In this document: in pieces, positions 29,925 to 46,581 of the stretch | Layout of the letters: each line of letters begins with the position of its first letter | Numbering within the stretch: the stretch's first letter is position 1 | NCBI RefSeq assembly: GCF_009914755.1 | Contig: NC_060931.1 | Length of the DNA stretch: 64,000 nt | Direction: 5' to 3' (one strand) | DNA from: the human T2T-CHM13v2.0 reference genome, Homo sapiens | Program-made: the position numbers and the translations under genes | Notes under the pieces: generated by a model | What the model was told of the DNA's origin: nothing | Seen by the model: the letters and a program-made list of their open reading frames with translations, nothing else | The model's database searches: none

Positions 29925-31306
29925 CAGGATCCTTGGCTGACCTGGGGTCGTGGGAAGGACAATGGCTCGGGGCCCAGGCAGACCTGGTTCAGGTCTTGGC
30001 TCTGTGCTCCCTTGGAGCCCGGCTGGGAATCTTGCACTGGCCTCAGGCCCTCTGGCATCAGTTTTCTCATCTGTGAAATGGGCACGTTAATGCCAAAGGC
30101 GTAAAACAGGAGCTATTATGTAGGTGCTCAGGGACTGGATGAATCTGTGGGAATCTAGCCATCCTTCCTGCCTTCATCTGGGGTCAACAGGGTGGCGGCT
30201 GCACCCTGGGCAGCATCCCTGCCCCTCCGTCCCCAACAGTAGTCCCTTCACCCAGCCCTTTTGACAGAATTCTTTCAACAACACTTATCAGGTCCTCCTC
30301 GGTACCCAGCCCTGTCACGAGGCCCAGAGAGGAGCTGATTCAAGCTTCCACACTGGGTGGCCTTGGGCAGCTGCCTTCACTTCTCTGGGCCTCATTCCCT
30401 TGAGCCTCCCACAGAGGTCACAGGGAGGATTCCATGAGATGATGTGTGCTCAGGGTGCTCAGAGTCACTCCTACCATGCAGCAGTCAGGGAAGGCTTCCT
30501 GGAGGAGGCAACACTAGTCCTTACACCTTACAGATGCATGGGCATGATTGGGTATGGCTGGTGCTTCCAGTGGGGGTTGGGTGGGGAGGCACCTCATGGG
30601 CTCAGGCAGGGCCTGGGGTGCCCAGCTGCATGGAGGGGTTTGGAGCCGGCTGGAAAGGGGACTCCAGGCTGACCTTGGGTCCCTTGGGCCTCCCTTCCCC
30701 ATAACCTCCTTCACAGCAGCCCAGCTGATAATGAAGTGCTCCTTCCAGCCGACAGCTCCTGGAGCTGGGCCAGGAGGCTCCTCCTGTCCTGGGCCTGCCT
30801 CCAGCTGCTGCCCGCAGTCCCAGAAAGACTTTACCGCACCTCTCCGGCCTGGGGTGTCCTGGGGGATGAAGCTCCAGGAGGCCACCTATGGCTTGGGGCC
30901 CCAGTCCCAGAAGCCTGGCCTGGGGCGCACCTCTCTGGTCTTCAGGAAGAGGGGCCTGGAATGAGAGTGGGGGCGTCCAGTGGGGCAGCTTAACCGGGCA
31001 GGGCTGACGGGACCGCGGGCTGGGGAGGGACCGGGGCCTGGGGAGGAACCAGAATCTGCCTGGCCTCACTGTGTGACTTGGGTGAGCTCCTCTACCTCTC
31101 TGAGCCTGGGCTTCCCATCTGTCTGGGATGTCTCCCCTCCTGTAGTCACTGTGAGGTTCTGAGCAGAGGACACTCTTAGCCCAGAGCCTGGCGCATAGCT
31201 GGTGCGGTGAGCGCCAGCCCCTCCCTGTTCCTGCAGAGCCCTGCCGTTCAGCGCACACAGGCTGCCTTGCCCTCTCCAGAGAGGATCATGGGGCTTAATT
31301 TGTTGA

Positions 31307-31588
<282 letters not shown>

Positions 31589-31765
31589 TGATCCACCCAC
31601 CTCGGCCTCCCAAAGTCCTGAGATTACAAGCATGAGCCACCACGCCTGGCCGTGGGTCTCGTTTTCTCTTGCAAGTTTGACTCCATGGTGCCTGAATGCA
31701 GGGGAAGCAGGTGGTGTCCTGTCCCGGCAAAGGCAGACATGGGGCTGACACAGAACGGCCCAGGG

Positions 31766-31845
31766 ACTCTGATCCTGGGGCTCAGCGAGTTTGCAAGGGG
31801 TGTTTCTGTCCATGGTCAGGCTTGCCAGCCTTGGTCCTTGGGCCC
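31766..31845 (+). ncRNA. MIR4283: MIR4283 precursor hairpin (copy -1 or -2); mature 31776-31792
   Basis: Exact match to the recalled hsa-miR-4283 mature sequence TGGGGCTCAGCGAGTTT, inside a G.U-rich fold-back (pairs with CAGGCTTGCCAGCCTT). Confidence 0.8.
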
Positions 31846-32404
31846 ACCATAAGGTGGCCCAGTCCTGACCCTGTCTTGGAATTGCTGAGAGCAGAAATGC
31901 AGTAATGTGTCACCATGATGATGTCTGGTGTCATGCTATCAGACCCACCATTCCTCAGTGGGACCCCTGCCTCACCACTCACCAGCTGGCTCCCTGGTCT
32001 GCAAAAGGTGGTTCACTGGTACCCAGGTCCCTGTGCGAATGAGAGGAGCTGACTTCTATGAAAGCCACTCCCTGCACCCAGGGAGACTAAGGAGGTGGGA
32101 GGCTCTCGTCCCCTGAAAGCCCAGCCAGCCAGCCCCCTCTCCTTCTGCCTCCCCAGGGAACCGTGTCCCGAGCAGGGCCCTTCACCCCATCTCTGTCTGA
32201 TCTCCACTGCGTGTACGGATTGACGGGAAAGATTCTAATGGGCTTTAAGTTAACAAGCTGGGAACGAATTAAGTTTGATCTCTGCCAGAAGCAGATGGCA
32301 TAGCTTCCTGGCCTGGAACAGCCCGGCTGGAGCAGTGGCAGGTGGCAAGGGCTGGGTGGGGGGTTGCCCCACTGGGCTCTCTATTTTTCTCTCCTTCCCC
32401 CAAC

Positions 32405-34152
<1,748 letters not shown>

Positions 34153-34825
34153 CAGGAAAGTAGAAATTCTTTAACAAATTTCCCCATGCCCTTTCCATCG
34201 TTCTATTTAGATTTCTTTCTTTCTGATAACAGCATTTCTGCTTATTTATAGTTTACCAGAAAATCATTTTACCCAGTTTTTTCCTTTTTTTTTTTATTTT
34301 GCACACAGTGGAAGGCATCTTTTGTATTTCCCTTTGCTGTTTCTGTATCCCCTAACGCTGTCATGCTGCCAGTTTTCCATCTTATTCTAAATCTTCCTAA
34401 CCGCATAGCCTGGTGGTGACTTCAGATTTCTCTGCAGGGTTACATATTATTTCACTGATTGCTCTGGGTTTTTCAAATATAACAATCATGTCATCTGTTC
34501 CCCATGGCGAGCAACGTAAATCGGGGACTCGTCTTGGCCAAGGGGACCATTTGCAGTGTTTGGCTCTTATGACGAACGTCTTTGTATATAAAAACTTTTC
34601 TGCATTTAGAAATATTTCCTCAGGCCAGATTTTTCTGGACCAAAAGGTAAGCATGTCTTTTAAGCCAGTTTATGTTCCAAAAGGGTTGGTCCCATTTTCA
34701 CTCCCACCAGCAACCCAGCAATGGGGAGACCTGGAAAAAAAAAAAAGCCTTGTGGCGGGCGTGGTGGCTCACGCCTGTAATCCCAGCACTTTGGGAGACC
34801 AAGGCGGGCGGATCACCTGAGGTCA

Positions 34826-35515
<690 letters not shown>

Positions 35516-35520
35516 ATTGA

Positions 35521-35742
<222 letters not shown>

Positions 35743-35813
35743 TGATCTCAAACTCCTGGGCTCAAGCCATCCTCTCGCCTTGGCCTCTCAAAGTGCTGGG
35801 CTTATAGGCGTGA

Positions 35814-36248
<435 letters not shown>

Positions 36249-36382
36249 TGAACTTTAAGATTAACTAGTTGCAGCAATGGACTGGGCCCCCCTGCAGTGG
36301 CACCCCCCACCTCCACCTAGACAGCAGCAGAGGAAGGAGAGGGGTGTCCCGCCCTAAAAGTGTGTCAGCAGCCCCCGCCACC

Positions 36383-36438
36383 AGGTGATTCCATTCACCT
36401 GGGAGAAAACGGAGGCTCCCAGGTGAATGGAGTCACTT
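36383..36438 (+). repeat. Near-perfect hairpin (23-bp stem, 10-nt loop); second degenerate copy at 37021-37071
   Basis: aggtgattccattcacctgggag-aaaacggagg-ctcccaggtgaatggagtcactt. Confidence 0.9.
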
Positions 36439-37501
36439 CACTCAACACTTCCTTATTCAGCTCCCAATGCAGTCTGCCCTTCAAGCAAATATTTGGCTCC
36501 TGCTGTATGCCAGCCTCTGTATGCCTCACTGAGCACTGAGGATCCAAAGAGAATGAAAGCAGGTCTCTACTTTCAGGGGGCTCCCAGTCCTTTAGAAGGG
36601 ATGGGCAAGGCCTGGAGCAAAGGTGCTGACCCCATTGGTGGCGGGGCAGAAGAAACCCTGGGGGCTCCCTGGAGCGCTGACAATGGAGATGTTGCTTAAG
36701 GGGGAGAAGGAACTGATCTGGTGGAAAGTGAAGGAAGGGCCTCCGGTAGGAGTCTGGGCAGGCACCTGTATCCATCCCACCTGGTGGCTCGGACCTGGAG
36801 GGTCTCTCCTGATCCCCATAGACAGGCCCCCACAGGGACCCAGGACAGATGTGATTCCCACCTGGTTCCTGATTTCACCTTGAGGCTGGACCCTTCTCCC
36901 AGCCAGTAACGCTCACAGCCCCCCAGGGCTGGCTGATGTCCTATGCCTGGGCCCCCTGGGCTCTGCTGTCTGCCCTAGAGCCAGGCTACAGGTGAGTAGA
37001 GGGAGAATAGGGCGGGGTCATGATTCCATTCACCTGGGAGAAAAACGGAGGCTTCCAGGCAAAGGGAGTCATGGGAAGCAACCTAGCCAGTTCTGATCCC
37101 AAGCTGGGAGGAGAAAGGGAGCGGGTGGAGGTAGGAACCAAGTGAGGGCAGGGCATGACTGAGGGTCGGCCACAGCCCCCACTCCTGGCTGGACTCGCTC
37201 TCTGCACCTTCTCCAGCACGTGAACTCCTACCCATCCTTCAAAACTTTCAATCTGGTCACCCAGTGGCCTCGTGACTGAACCTACCCACCCACTGGCGGC
37301 GTTGCTGGCCTCCCAGGCGAGTGGACCTGTTTAGGGGGAGCGGCCTGGGCACCAAGGCTGAGGGGTGGGCAGCGGGGGTGGTGGGCTGGGTCAGCCGCAG
37401 GTCACCTGGGTCTCCCAGGGCCACCATGCCGCACCCTGGTGTGTTGGGGATCCTGATTTCAGCCTCAGCCTGGGCCTGGCCCCTGCACAGCCCAGCTGGA
37501 T

Positions 37502-38296
37502 GGAAGGGTGGGGGGAGGGAGAAAGGAAGAAAGGAGATGGGAGCAGAGGGGAGGAGGGGGAAGATGGAGGAGAGGGGAGGGAAGAGGAAGGGGAAGGAGA
37601 GGGAGGGAGGAGGGGGAGAAAAGAGGAGGATGGAGGAGGAGTGAGGCTGGTAGAAGGGAGGAGGGAGGGAGGAGAGAGGGAGGACTGAGTAGGAGAATGG
37701 GGAAAGCGGAGGAGGGAGGGAGAGGGAGGAGGGGAGAGACAGGAAGGGAGGAAGAGTGGGGAGGAGAAAGGGAGGAGGGTGGAGAGGAGGGGAGAAGGGA
37801 GGAGAGCAGGAGGAGGGTAATGGAGGACTTTGGAGGAGGGGAGGGGTGGGAGGAGGGAGACGGAGGGGGAGGGAAGAGAAATGGGGAGGAGTGGGAGGGA
37901 GGAGGAGAGAAAGGGAAGGGGAAGAGAGGAGGAGGAGTGGGGAGAATGGAGAGGAAGGGGAGAGGAGGGAGAAGGGGTGGGAGGAGGAGGGAGAGGGAGG
38001 GGAAGAGGAGGAATGGGGAGGAGGGAGAGACACGAGAGAGGAGGTAGAAGGGGAGGGAGGAGGAGGGGGGGAAGAGAGGAGGAGGAGTGGGGAGGAGGGA
38101 GAAGGGGAGGGAGAGGGAGGAGAAGAGAGGAGAAGGAATGGAGAGGGAGGGGAAGAGAGGAGGAGGAATAGGGAGAAGGAGGAGGGAGGAGAGGAGGGTG
38201 AAGGGAGGAGGGAAGGGGGGAGGAAGGGGAGGAGAGAGGAGGGGTGGGGAGGAGGGAGGAGCGAGAGGGTTGAGGGAGGAGGAGGAAGGAGGAGGG
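37502..38296 (+). repeat. ~800-bp GA-rich polypurine low-complexity tract
   Basis: Almost purely G/A (GGA, GGGA, GGAGA units) with rare pyrimidines, directly abutting the GC boxes. Confidence 0.95.
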
Positions 38297-39320
38297 CGGG
38301 GCGGGGCGGGGCCGAGCGCGGGGAGGCGGGGCGTGGTGGCCTGGGCTGTGCTCGTCGCCGCGCTCCTGGACCGGGGCCGGGCGGACTCGGGGACCGGCGG
38401 AGGACGCCGGGCGCGCCCGGCCCGAGGCTGGGGGAGCGGGGCGCGGGCGCGCAGGGTCAGGCGCGGGGCGGCATGGCGGGCGCGCCAAGGACCCCAGGCC
38501 GGGCCGGGCCGAGGGAAGCGGTGGCCGCGGGACGCGGGGAGACGCCGGCGGGGACCTGTCGGAGCCTTTGTCTGCGGCGCGCGCGGCCCCCCCCCCCAAC
38601 CGCCTGCCCGGGCGCTGCCCCCTCTCCCCAGCCCGCCCCTGTCCCGGGAACCCGAGGCCACCCCGGCCGCGTCCTGAGCGGCCCAGCCCCCCGCGCCCGG
38701 CGACAAGCGCCGACCCGGACCCCTGCGCCCTGGCCATGGAGGGGGTCGGCGCCACCGCCTCCCCGAGCACCGCGCGGGGGTCCTCCCGCACGAAGCTCCT
38801 CCCCGGACCCCCCCGCGCCACCCCCTGCCCCCGCCGGCCCCTTCCTCGTTCTCAGAAAAAGCGGCTGGGAGAGGCGGGGCCTGGGATCCGGGGTCACCTC
38901 GGGGCGGCCCAGGGAGTCTGTGCTTTGCCTGGGGGCACAGGTCCGCGAGCCAACTTTGCAGTTGATGAGGCCGGGCAGGCGTCAGAAAGGCGCGGCGACC
39001 CGGGCCGGGGAGGGCGGTGGGTCCGGGGGCCAGCCTGTGGCCCCTGCATGCATCGGTCCCCGGGGGGCTGCAGGAAGCGGGTGGCTGGAGGGGCTTGAAA
39101 CCCACCCCCACAGGAGGTGGAGCAGCTTAGACCGCTGGGCTGCCGAAAGGGCAGCAGAGACATCGTTAGCCCCGGTTAACGGGGACCAGGGGTGTACCAG
39201 GCATCAACTAACCAGGGCTGGTGACTGAGCCAGGAGTGCGAGCCCAGGCCGGCTTTACAAGTGGAATTCGGTTCCCCTGGTCCTTCCTGGCTGGCCGGAG
39301 GAGCGCGGCCCCAGAGTGAG
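38290..39320 (+). promoter_or_regulatory. CpG island / TATA-less promoter with tandem GC boxes; probably contains the non-coding first exon of the SLC29A4 copy
   Basis: Very high GC and CpG density; GGGCGGGGCGGGGCGGGG at 38294-38311 and GAGGCGGGGCGTGG at 38323-38336; ~5 kb upstream of the ATG exon. Exon-1 donor uncertain (candidate agg|gtcagg at 38456). Confidence 0.8.
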
Positions 39321-41842
39321 GCGACTGGCTTTGGGGTCCCGACGCCCAGTGCTTCCAGCTGCCCTGGGCCACTTTCAGGACCCCTGTGCACTTCAGGCCC
39401 CGTGGAAATGGGAGGAGCCGGAGGGGGTCACTGGGCCAGGCTCCAGTCTGAGCTGCATGACCCCCCCTACCCCCGACTTGGCCTCTCTGTGCCTCAGTCG
39501 CCCTCCCTGCAAAGTGGTGAGGGGCCTTGGCCAGAAGCAGTGGCTCACTCCCGTAATCTCAGTTCTGGGAGGCCGGGGCTGAGGGATCACCTGAGGCCAG
39601 GAGTTCAAGACCAGCTTGGGCAACAGAGCAAGACCCCACCTCTACAAAAATAGAAATTAAAAAAATAAATAAATGGGGGAGAGGGGTGGGAGCCCTGCCT
39701 TGCCCATAGCAGTGTTAAGTGGCAGCTTGTGCAACTGTTGAATGCCTACTGTGTGCAGCTGAGCCTACCCCACCAGCCACCCACCCAGTCCCTGTTTGTG
39801 ACTTACTCTCACCTTCTTCTTCCTCTACTGAGTTGTGAGGTGGGGAAACTGAGGCCTGAGGGGTGGCCTCAAGGCCAAAGAAATGACCTGTGTCTTCTCA
39901 ACGGCCCCCTGGGGCGGGCATCGAGGGGTCACGGCAGCTCAGAGTGGAGGAGCAGGGCCAAGCCTCGTAAACACTGGGGTTATTAAGCCAATGTGCATGT
40001 CGTTAAATTTTAACTAACGGGGGACAGGGCAGGAGGCCCTGGGCTGCCTTCCCCGGGGGTGGGGGGGCAGTAGGCTTGGACGTGGGGGGCCGGGAAGGAC
40101 AGAGTTGGAGGCCTGTGGCCCAGGAGAGGTGGGGGCGAGCGGCTGCAGCAGGCTCCCCACCCCCTCCACCATGGGGACAGTAGCTGGCCAAGTCGGGCAG
40201 TGTGGGTGGCAGCTGCCCACTTTGCCGACTGAGCCAGAGGGGACAGCAGCCGCCTCCTGGCTGGATGCCGAGCACATCCACCTTCCTGGGTGGCGTGGCC
40301 TCCGGGCAAGGCAGAAACCTCGGCTTTCTGGCCAGGAGTGTTTGGGGCACTGCACATCCAGGGGAGCATCTCGGGGGCTCTTGCTGAACACAGACCAGGC
40401 CTTTCTGGGTTCAGATGTCCAGCTGGGCTGGCATCCTGAGCAGGTGGCAGGAGGAGCATTCGGTTGTTGTAGACTGTCACCCTGACACCATCCCCTTCCC
40501 TGGCTCTGCAGGCTGAAGAAGGGCCCCGGGGTCTCTAAGCCTTTGCTGACTCTCTGGCACCTCCCAACGACTCTCAAGCTCAGGCTCATGTGTCCACTTC
40601 ACAGGGGAGACAGGTGTGCGGAACCCACCCAGGGCCACCCTCCTTCAAGCCCAGCCCAGCTCTGCTCTAAGCCTTGGTCGGCCCCCACCCCCCCCACCCC
40701 CCCCCCCCAACCCCCCAGCTCCAGATGTGGCAGGAGGGCCAGGGCTGATGAGGGGCAGTCAGGAGAGCCTTGAGCCTAGAAGGGGAGATACGCCGGGCTT
40801 CTCAGCCCCCAGAAGTCCGGGACCGCCTCTCCCCTGGTAGTGGGTACCAATTACCTGGGTTGGCCCCCAGCTGTCAGGGACTGAATCTCCCCAGCCCCCA
40901 AGACCTGGAAATGGGAAGGCTCTGGCTTCAAAGCCCCAGTGAGGCCCCAGGCCCCCTTTTAGGCCCCAGTTAAAATTCTGTAGTGAGCTAGAAGAGGGGG
41001 ACATCGGGTCACAGGGAGGTGCTTGGTAACTGATCATCAAAACCTGCCTAGAGGCTGGGAAGGGAGTAAACTGAGGCAGGGGAGCTGGAGGAAATGAGAC
41101 CCAGGAGATGGGACAAGAGCAGGCAGAGGTGACATGAGTCAGCCTCAGAGAAAATCAGGATGGGCTGAGGGCAGTGGCTCATGCCTATAATCCCAGCACT
41201 TTGGGAGGCCAAGGCGAGAAGATCACTTGAGCCCAGGAGTTCAAGACCACTATGGGCAACACAGTGAGACCCCATCTCTACAAAAAAGAAAAAAATTAGC
41301 CGGGCCTGGTGGCACACACCTGTTCCAACTACTTAAGAGGCTGAGGTGGGAGGATCACTTCAGCCTGAGAGGCAGAGGTTTGCAGTGACTTGTGATCGCG
41401 CCACTGCACTCCAAGCCTTGGCAACAAAGCAAGACTCTGTCTCAAAAAAAAAAAAAAAAAATCAAGGTTCCTCTGGGCCTGTGGGACCCCATGGGGTGGG
41501 CTTCTTCCAGCCTTTTCCATGGCTTTCCCACATATTGGGGAAACTGAGGCACTACATTCAGCGCTCAGTGCTGTGCTGTCCTCTGTTAGCCTCAAACTCC
41601 CTACGGCGAGCACAGATCCTTTCTGCATTCAGATAAATGAATACACATTATTAGAAAAAGAAATCATTGGCTGGACGTGGTGGCTCAGGCCTGTAATCCC
41701 AGCACTTTGGGAGGCCGAGGCGGGCAGATCACAAGGTCAAGAGTTCAATACCATCCTGGCCAACATGGTGAAACCCCATCTCTACTAAAAATACAAAAAT
41801 TAGCCGGGTGTGGTGGTGGGCACCTGTAGTCCCAGCTACTCA

Positions 41843-42040
<198 letters not shown>

Positions 42041-42947
42041 TCACAGATGACTTAGCTCCTTCCTTTCCTTCCGAAGGTCAGGGCTGGCAGATCCAAATTG
42101 AAGCAAGAAGCACTAAGGCAAGATCACAGGAAGAACTTCCCGCCATGAGGGTGGTTGGCCCCAGGACCAAGGGCCATGGTGGCTCAGAGTGCCACACAGA
42201 CCTGGGTTGGGGTCTGGGTTCTCCCACTTTCTGCCTGTGAGACCAAGGGTGTTCTCACTTTCCTCAGCTGAAAAATGAGTGATAAAGGCAGCTTCCTCCC
42301 AGAGGACACTGCAGCACGGTGCAGGCACGCATGAGGCTCGCTCATGTCACCTGTTATTTCCAACTGCTCCCCAAGTCCTGGCATCACACCTCCAGAGTAT
42401 TCCTCCACTCCATCTATTTCTCACCGTGCCCGCTGCCACCATGCAGGCCACCTTGGTTGCTTCCTGGGGCAGCAGTCTCTGAGCCATTCTCCTCCCCTCT
42501 GACCCCTTCTCCCTAAATAGCAATGAGGATGAGCATCCTGAGACACACCAGGTGAGGGCTGGGCACAGTGGCTCAGTGGCTCACGCCTGTAACCCCTGCA
42601 TTTTGGGAGGCCGAGGCAGGACTTGGAGTTGGAGACTAGCCTGGGCAATGTAGTGAGACCCCAACTCTACAAAAGAAATTTTTTTAAAATTAGCCAGGCA
42701 TGGTGGTTCAAACCTGTGGTCCCAGCTACTTGGGAGGCTGAATCAGGAGGATCCCTTGAGCCTAGGAGGTCCAGGCTGAAATGAGTGATGGTTGCACCAC
42801 CATACTCCAACCTGGGTGACAGAGTGAGACCCTGTCTAAAAAAAAAAAAAAAAGACCAGGTGACATTGCTTATCTGCTTAAATTAATGTCCTATGGATGG
42901 ACAGAAAGGACGGTCCCCCCAGGGGATACAGTCCTAGTCGCATGGCA

Positions 42948-43177
42948 TCAATGTAGTGAAACTGAGGCTCAGAGAGGTTTAGGCCCTTGCCTAAGGTCAC
43001 ACAGCTGGGCTGAAAACCCAGGTCTTTGAACCTCACATCCAGTCCTGTTCAGGCACTTTCCTGGCTCCCTTGCAGTGAGGCATAGCTTGCTTTGGCCAAT
43101 GAGTGTGACCAAAGTGACATGTGTCACTCCAGATAGAAGCTTTATGGGTCAGTGCATGAGCCATGGGTCCCTCACCC
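42948..43177 (+). repeat. Left arm of ~230-bp inverted repeat (MIR + MLT1-like fragments)
   Basis: Reverse complement of 43699-43741 plus 44026-44231, with 9 substitutions and 1 indel by manual alignment. Confidence 0.95.
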
Positions 43178-43258
43178 CAGAAGGGTGAAAAGACATGGGG
43201 TGTCTTCTCACCCTTCTTCCCTCACCTGCTCTCTGCTTTCTCCAAAGCACAGGCTGCC

Positions 43259-43427
43259 ATGGGCTCTGTCGGGAGCCAGTGCCTTGAGGAGCCCAGTGTG
43301 GCAGGCACACCAGACCCGGGCATAGTGAGGAGCGTCACCTTCGACAGTCACCAGCTGGAGGAGGCGGCGGAGGCGGCTCAGGGCCAGGGCCTTAGGGCCA
43401 GGGGCGTCCCAGCTTTCACGGATACCA
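43259..43427 (+). pseudogene. SLC29A4: SLC29A4-like first coding exon (169 coding nt)
   Basis: gctgccATGG Kozak at 43259; MGSVGSQ...PAFTDT; donor a|gtaagt at 43428; candidate acceptors AAG (43245-47) or CAG (43250-52) after a pyrimidine tract. Confidence 0.92.
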
Positions 43428-43613
43428 GTAAGTAGGGGTGCGGGTAAGGTGCAGGTTTTGCCCCAAAGCAGGGTGGGCTGTGTGACCCCCGGTGAAGCCT
43501 TGTGGTATCGGGGAGCCATGGGTGGTCATGGAGGACTGGAGGTAGTGCCTGTCAGTGTGGATTAGACCTGCTGCATAACAAACACGCCCACCGTCTCAGT
43601 GTCTCCACCCTGA

Positions 43614-44231
<618 letters not shown>

Positions 44232-44859
44232 GGAACTGGGCCAACTGACTTTGAGATCAGACTTGCAGAGTGGACGGCCAACAGGCTTGGAGTCTGACAG
44301 GCTCGGGTTCAAGCCTGCCTCCCATCCTTTACCCACCAGGAGCCCCTGGTCAAGTCACTGTTCTTCTCTGACCCTCGGTCTCTTCCTTTGGAAGAGGGGG
44401 ATGATACTGTGTCAATGTGGTTGCATCAGAATCCACAGAATCTTGCTTGGGCCTGTCCCTGGCACTCAGGAGGCACCCTGTAAGCTATAGTTCTTTTTTG
44501 GGGGAGCTGTTGTTTATGCTAGTACTTTAGGCTCAGAAACCTGGGCTAAGGCCGGGCACGGTGGCTCATGCCTATAATCCCAGCACTTTGGCAGGCTGAG
44601 GCTGGAGGATCGCTTGAGCCCAGCAGTTTGAGGCCAGCCTGAACAACCTGGTAAAATCTCATCTCTACAAAAAATACAAAAATTAGCCGGGCGTGGTGGC
44701 ACACACCTGTAATCCCAGCTACTTTGGAGGCTGAGGCAGGAGAATCACTTGAGCCCAGGAGGGGGTGGTTGTAGTAAGCCAAGATCATGCCACTGCACTC
44801 CAGCCTGAGCAACAGCGAGACTCCATCTGAAAAAAAAAAAAAAAAGAAAAAAGCAATTG

Positions 44860-45145
44860 GCTGACTAAAGTGGGAGCTAGTTAAGCCAGGCAGGCAGTCA
44901 GGAAGGTCTTGGACAGTCTGGAACCCAGGGGCAGGAGCTTCTTGGAGTCTCTGAGCTCCAGGAAGGCTTCAAGTTCTCACCTGATTAAGTCAGACCCACC
45001 CCGGGTCATTTCCCTTCTGATGAACTTAAAGTTAATGGAGAAGGGACTTTAATTGCAAAACGTCTTCACAGCAACACCAGGGCTAGGGTTTGAACTGGGG
45101 ACTGTACTTCAGCCTGTCAGGGTGACCATAAACAGACCATCACGG
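44860..45145 (-). mobile_element. MLT2-like ERVL LTR fragment
   Basis: ctgattaagtcagacccacc...aacttaaagttaat...ttcacagcaacacc...cataaacagaccatcac. Confidence 0.55.
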
Positions 45146-45339
45146 TCCCCCACTTGCCGATGTGGCTCCCATAGACATCTCCCTAAACCATGCCTCCTCT
45201 CCAGATAAAGGCAGTGACAAGGTCATACCGCCACTGAGCATGATACAAGAACCCTGTACAACCCCAGACATGCTGACCCCTTCCCCAGAAGGACAGGCAA
45301 AGGGTGTTCACTCTTCTTCCATATCCTATAATTTTATTT

Positions 45340-45941
<602 letters not shown>

Positions 45942-46190
45942 CTGATTTCCTGTCCATCAAGCTGGTAGCTTCAGTGGCTGTGAGGGCGTGGGTGTGGTGG
46001 CCATAGCCACAGCATTTGGTGGCTTTGATAATGGCCAGATGACAGAGGTATCTGGAACAGAGGGGAGCAGGGGTCACAGCGATGGACAGTGGCCATGGTG
46101 ATGGCGGCCGGGGTGGTGGACATCGCCCTGTGAGGTGGCCGTAGCCATGCATGGAGCGTGCCCTGTCTCACCTGGCGTCTCTTGCTTTAG

Positions 46191-46322
46191 CATTGGAGGA
46201 GCCAGTGCCCAATGACCGCTATCACGCCATCTACTTTGCGATGCTGCTGTCTGGCGTGGGCTTCCTGCTGCCATACAACAGCTTCATCACGGACGTGGAC
46301 TACCTGCATCACAAGTACCCAG
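46191..46322 (+). pseudogene. SLC29A4: SLC29A4-like second coding exon (132 nt)
   Basis: Acceptor ctcttgctttag|; LEEPVPNDRYHAIYFAMLLSGVGFLLPYNSFITDVDYLHHKYP; donor ag|gtgggt; phase 1-1. Confidence 0.93.
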
Positions 46323-46581
46323 GTGGGTCCCTCCACGGTCATGCCCAGCCACTCAGCATACTCATCATGGCCTGGGGCCTCCCAGAAACCCCCGGCGGGG
46401 AGGGTCCTACCCAGAGACCTGTTTTATTCAGATCTCAGCTCCACTGTGAGCTGCTGAGTGACCTCAGGGCAGCCACTCACCCTCTGTGGGCAGCGAGCCC
46501 CTTCTGGGAGGTCGCACCCGGCAGGAGTTAGTGCAGAGGGTGGGGCCTCCCTGAGCACCCGCTGTCTCTGGTCCTCTGCAG

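Noticed and set aside
37257-39228. Long ORFs (258-548 aa) on both strands
   Set aside because: They arise from the stop-poor polypurine tract and CpG island; translations are low-complexity P/S/L or G/R/E with no recognisable domain.
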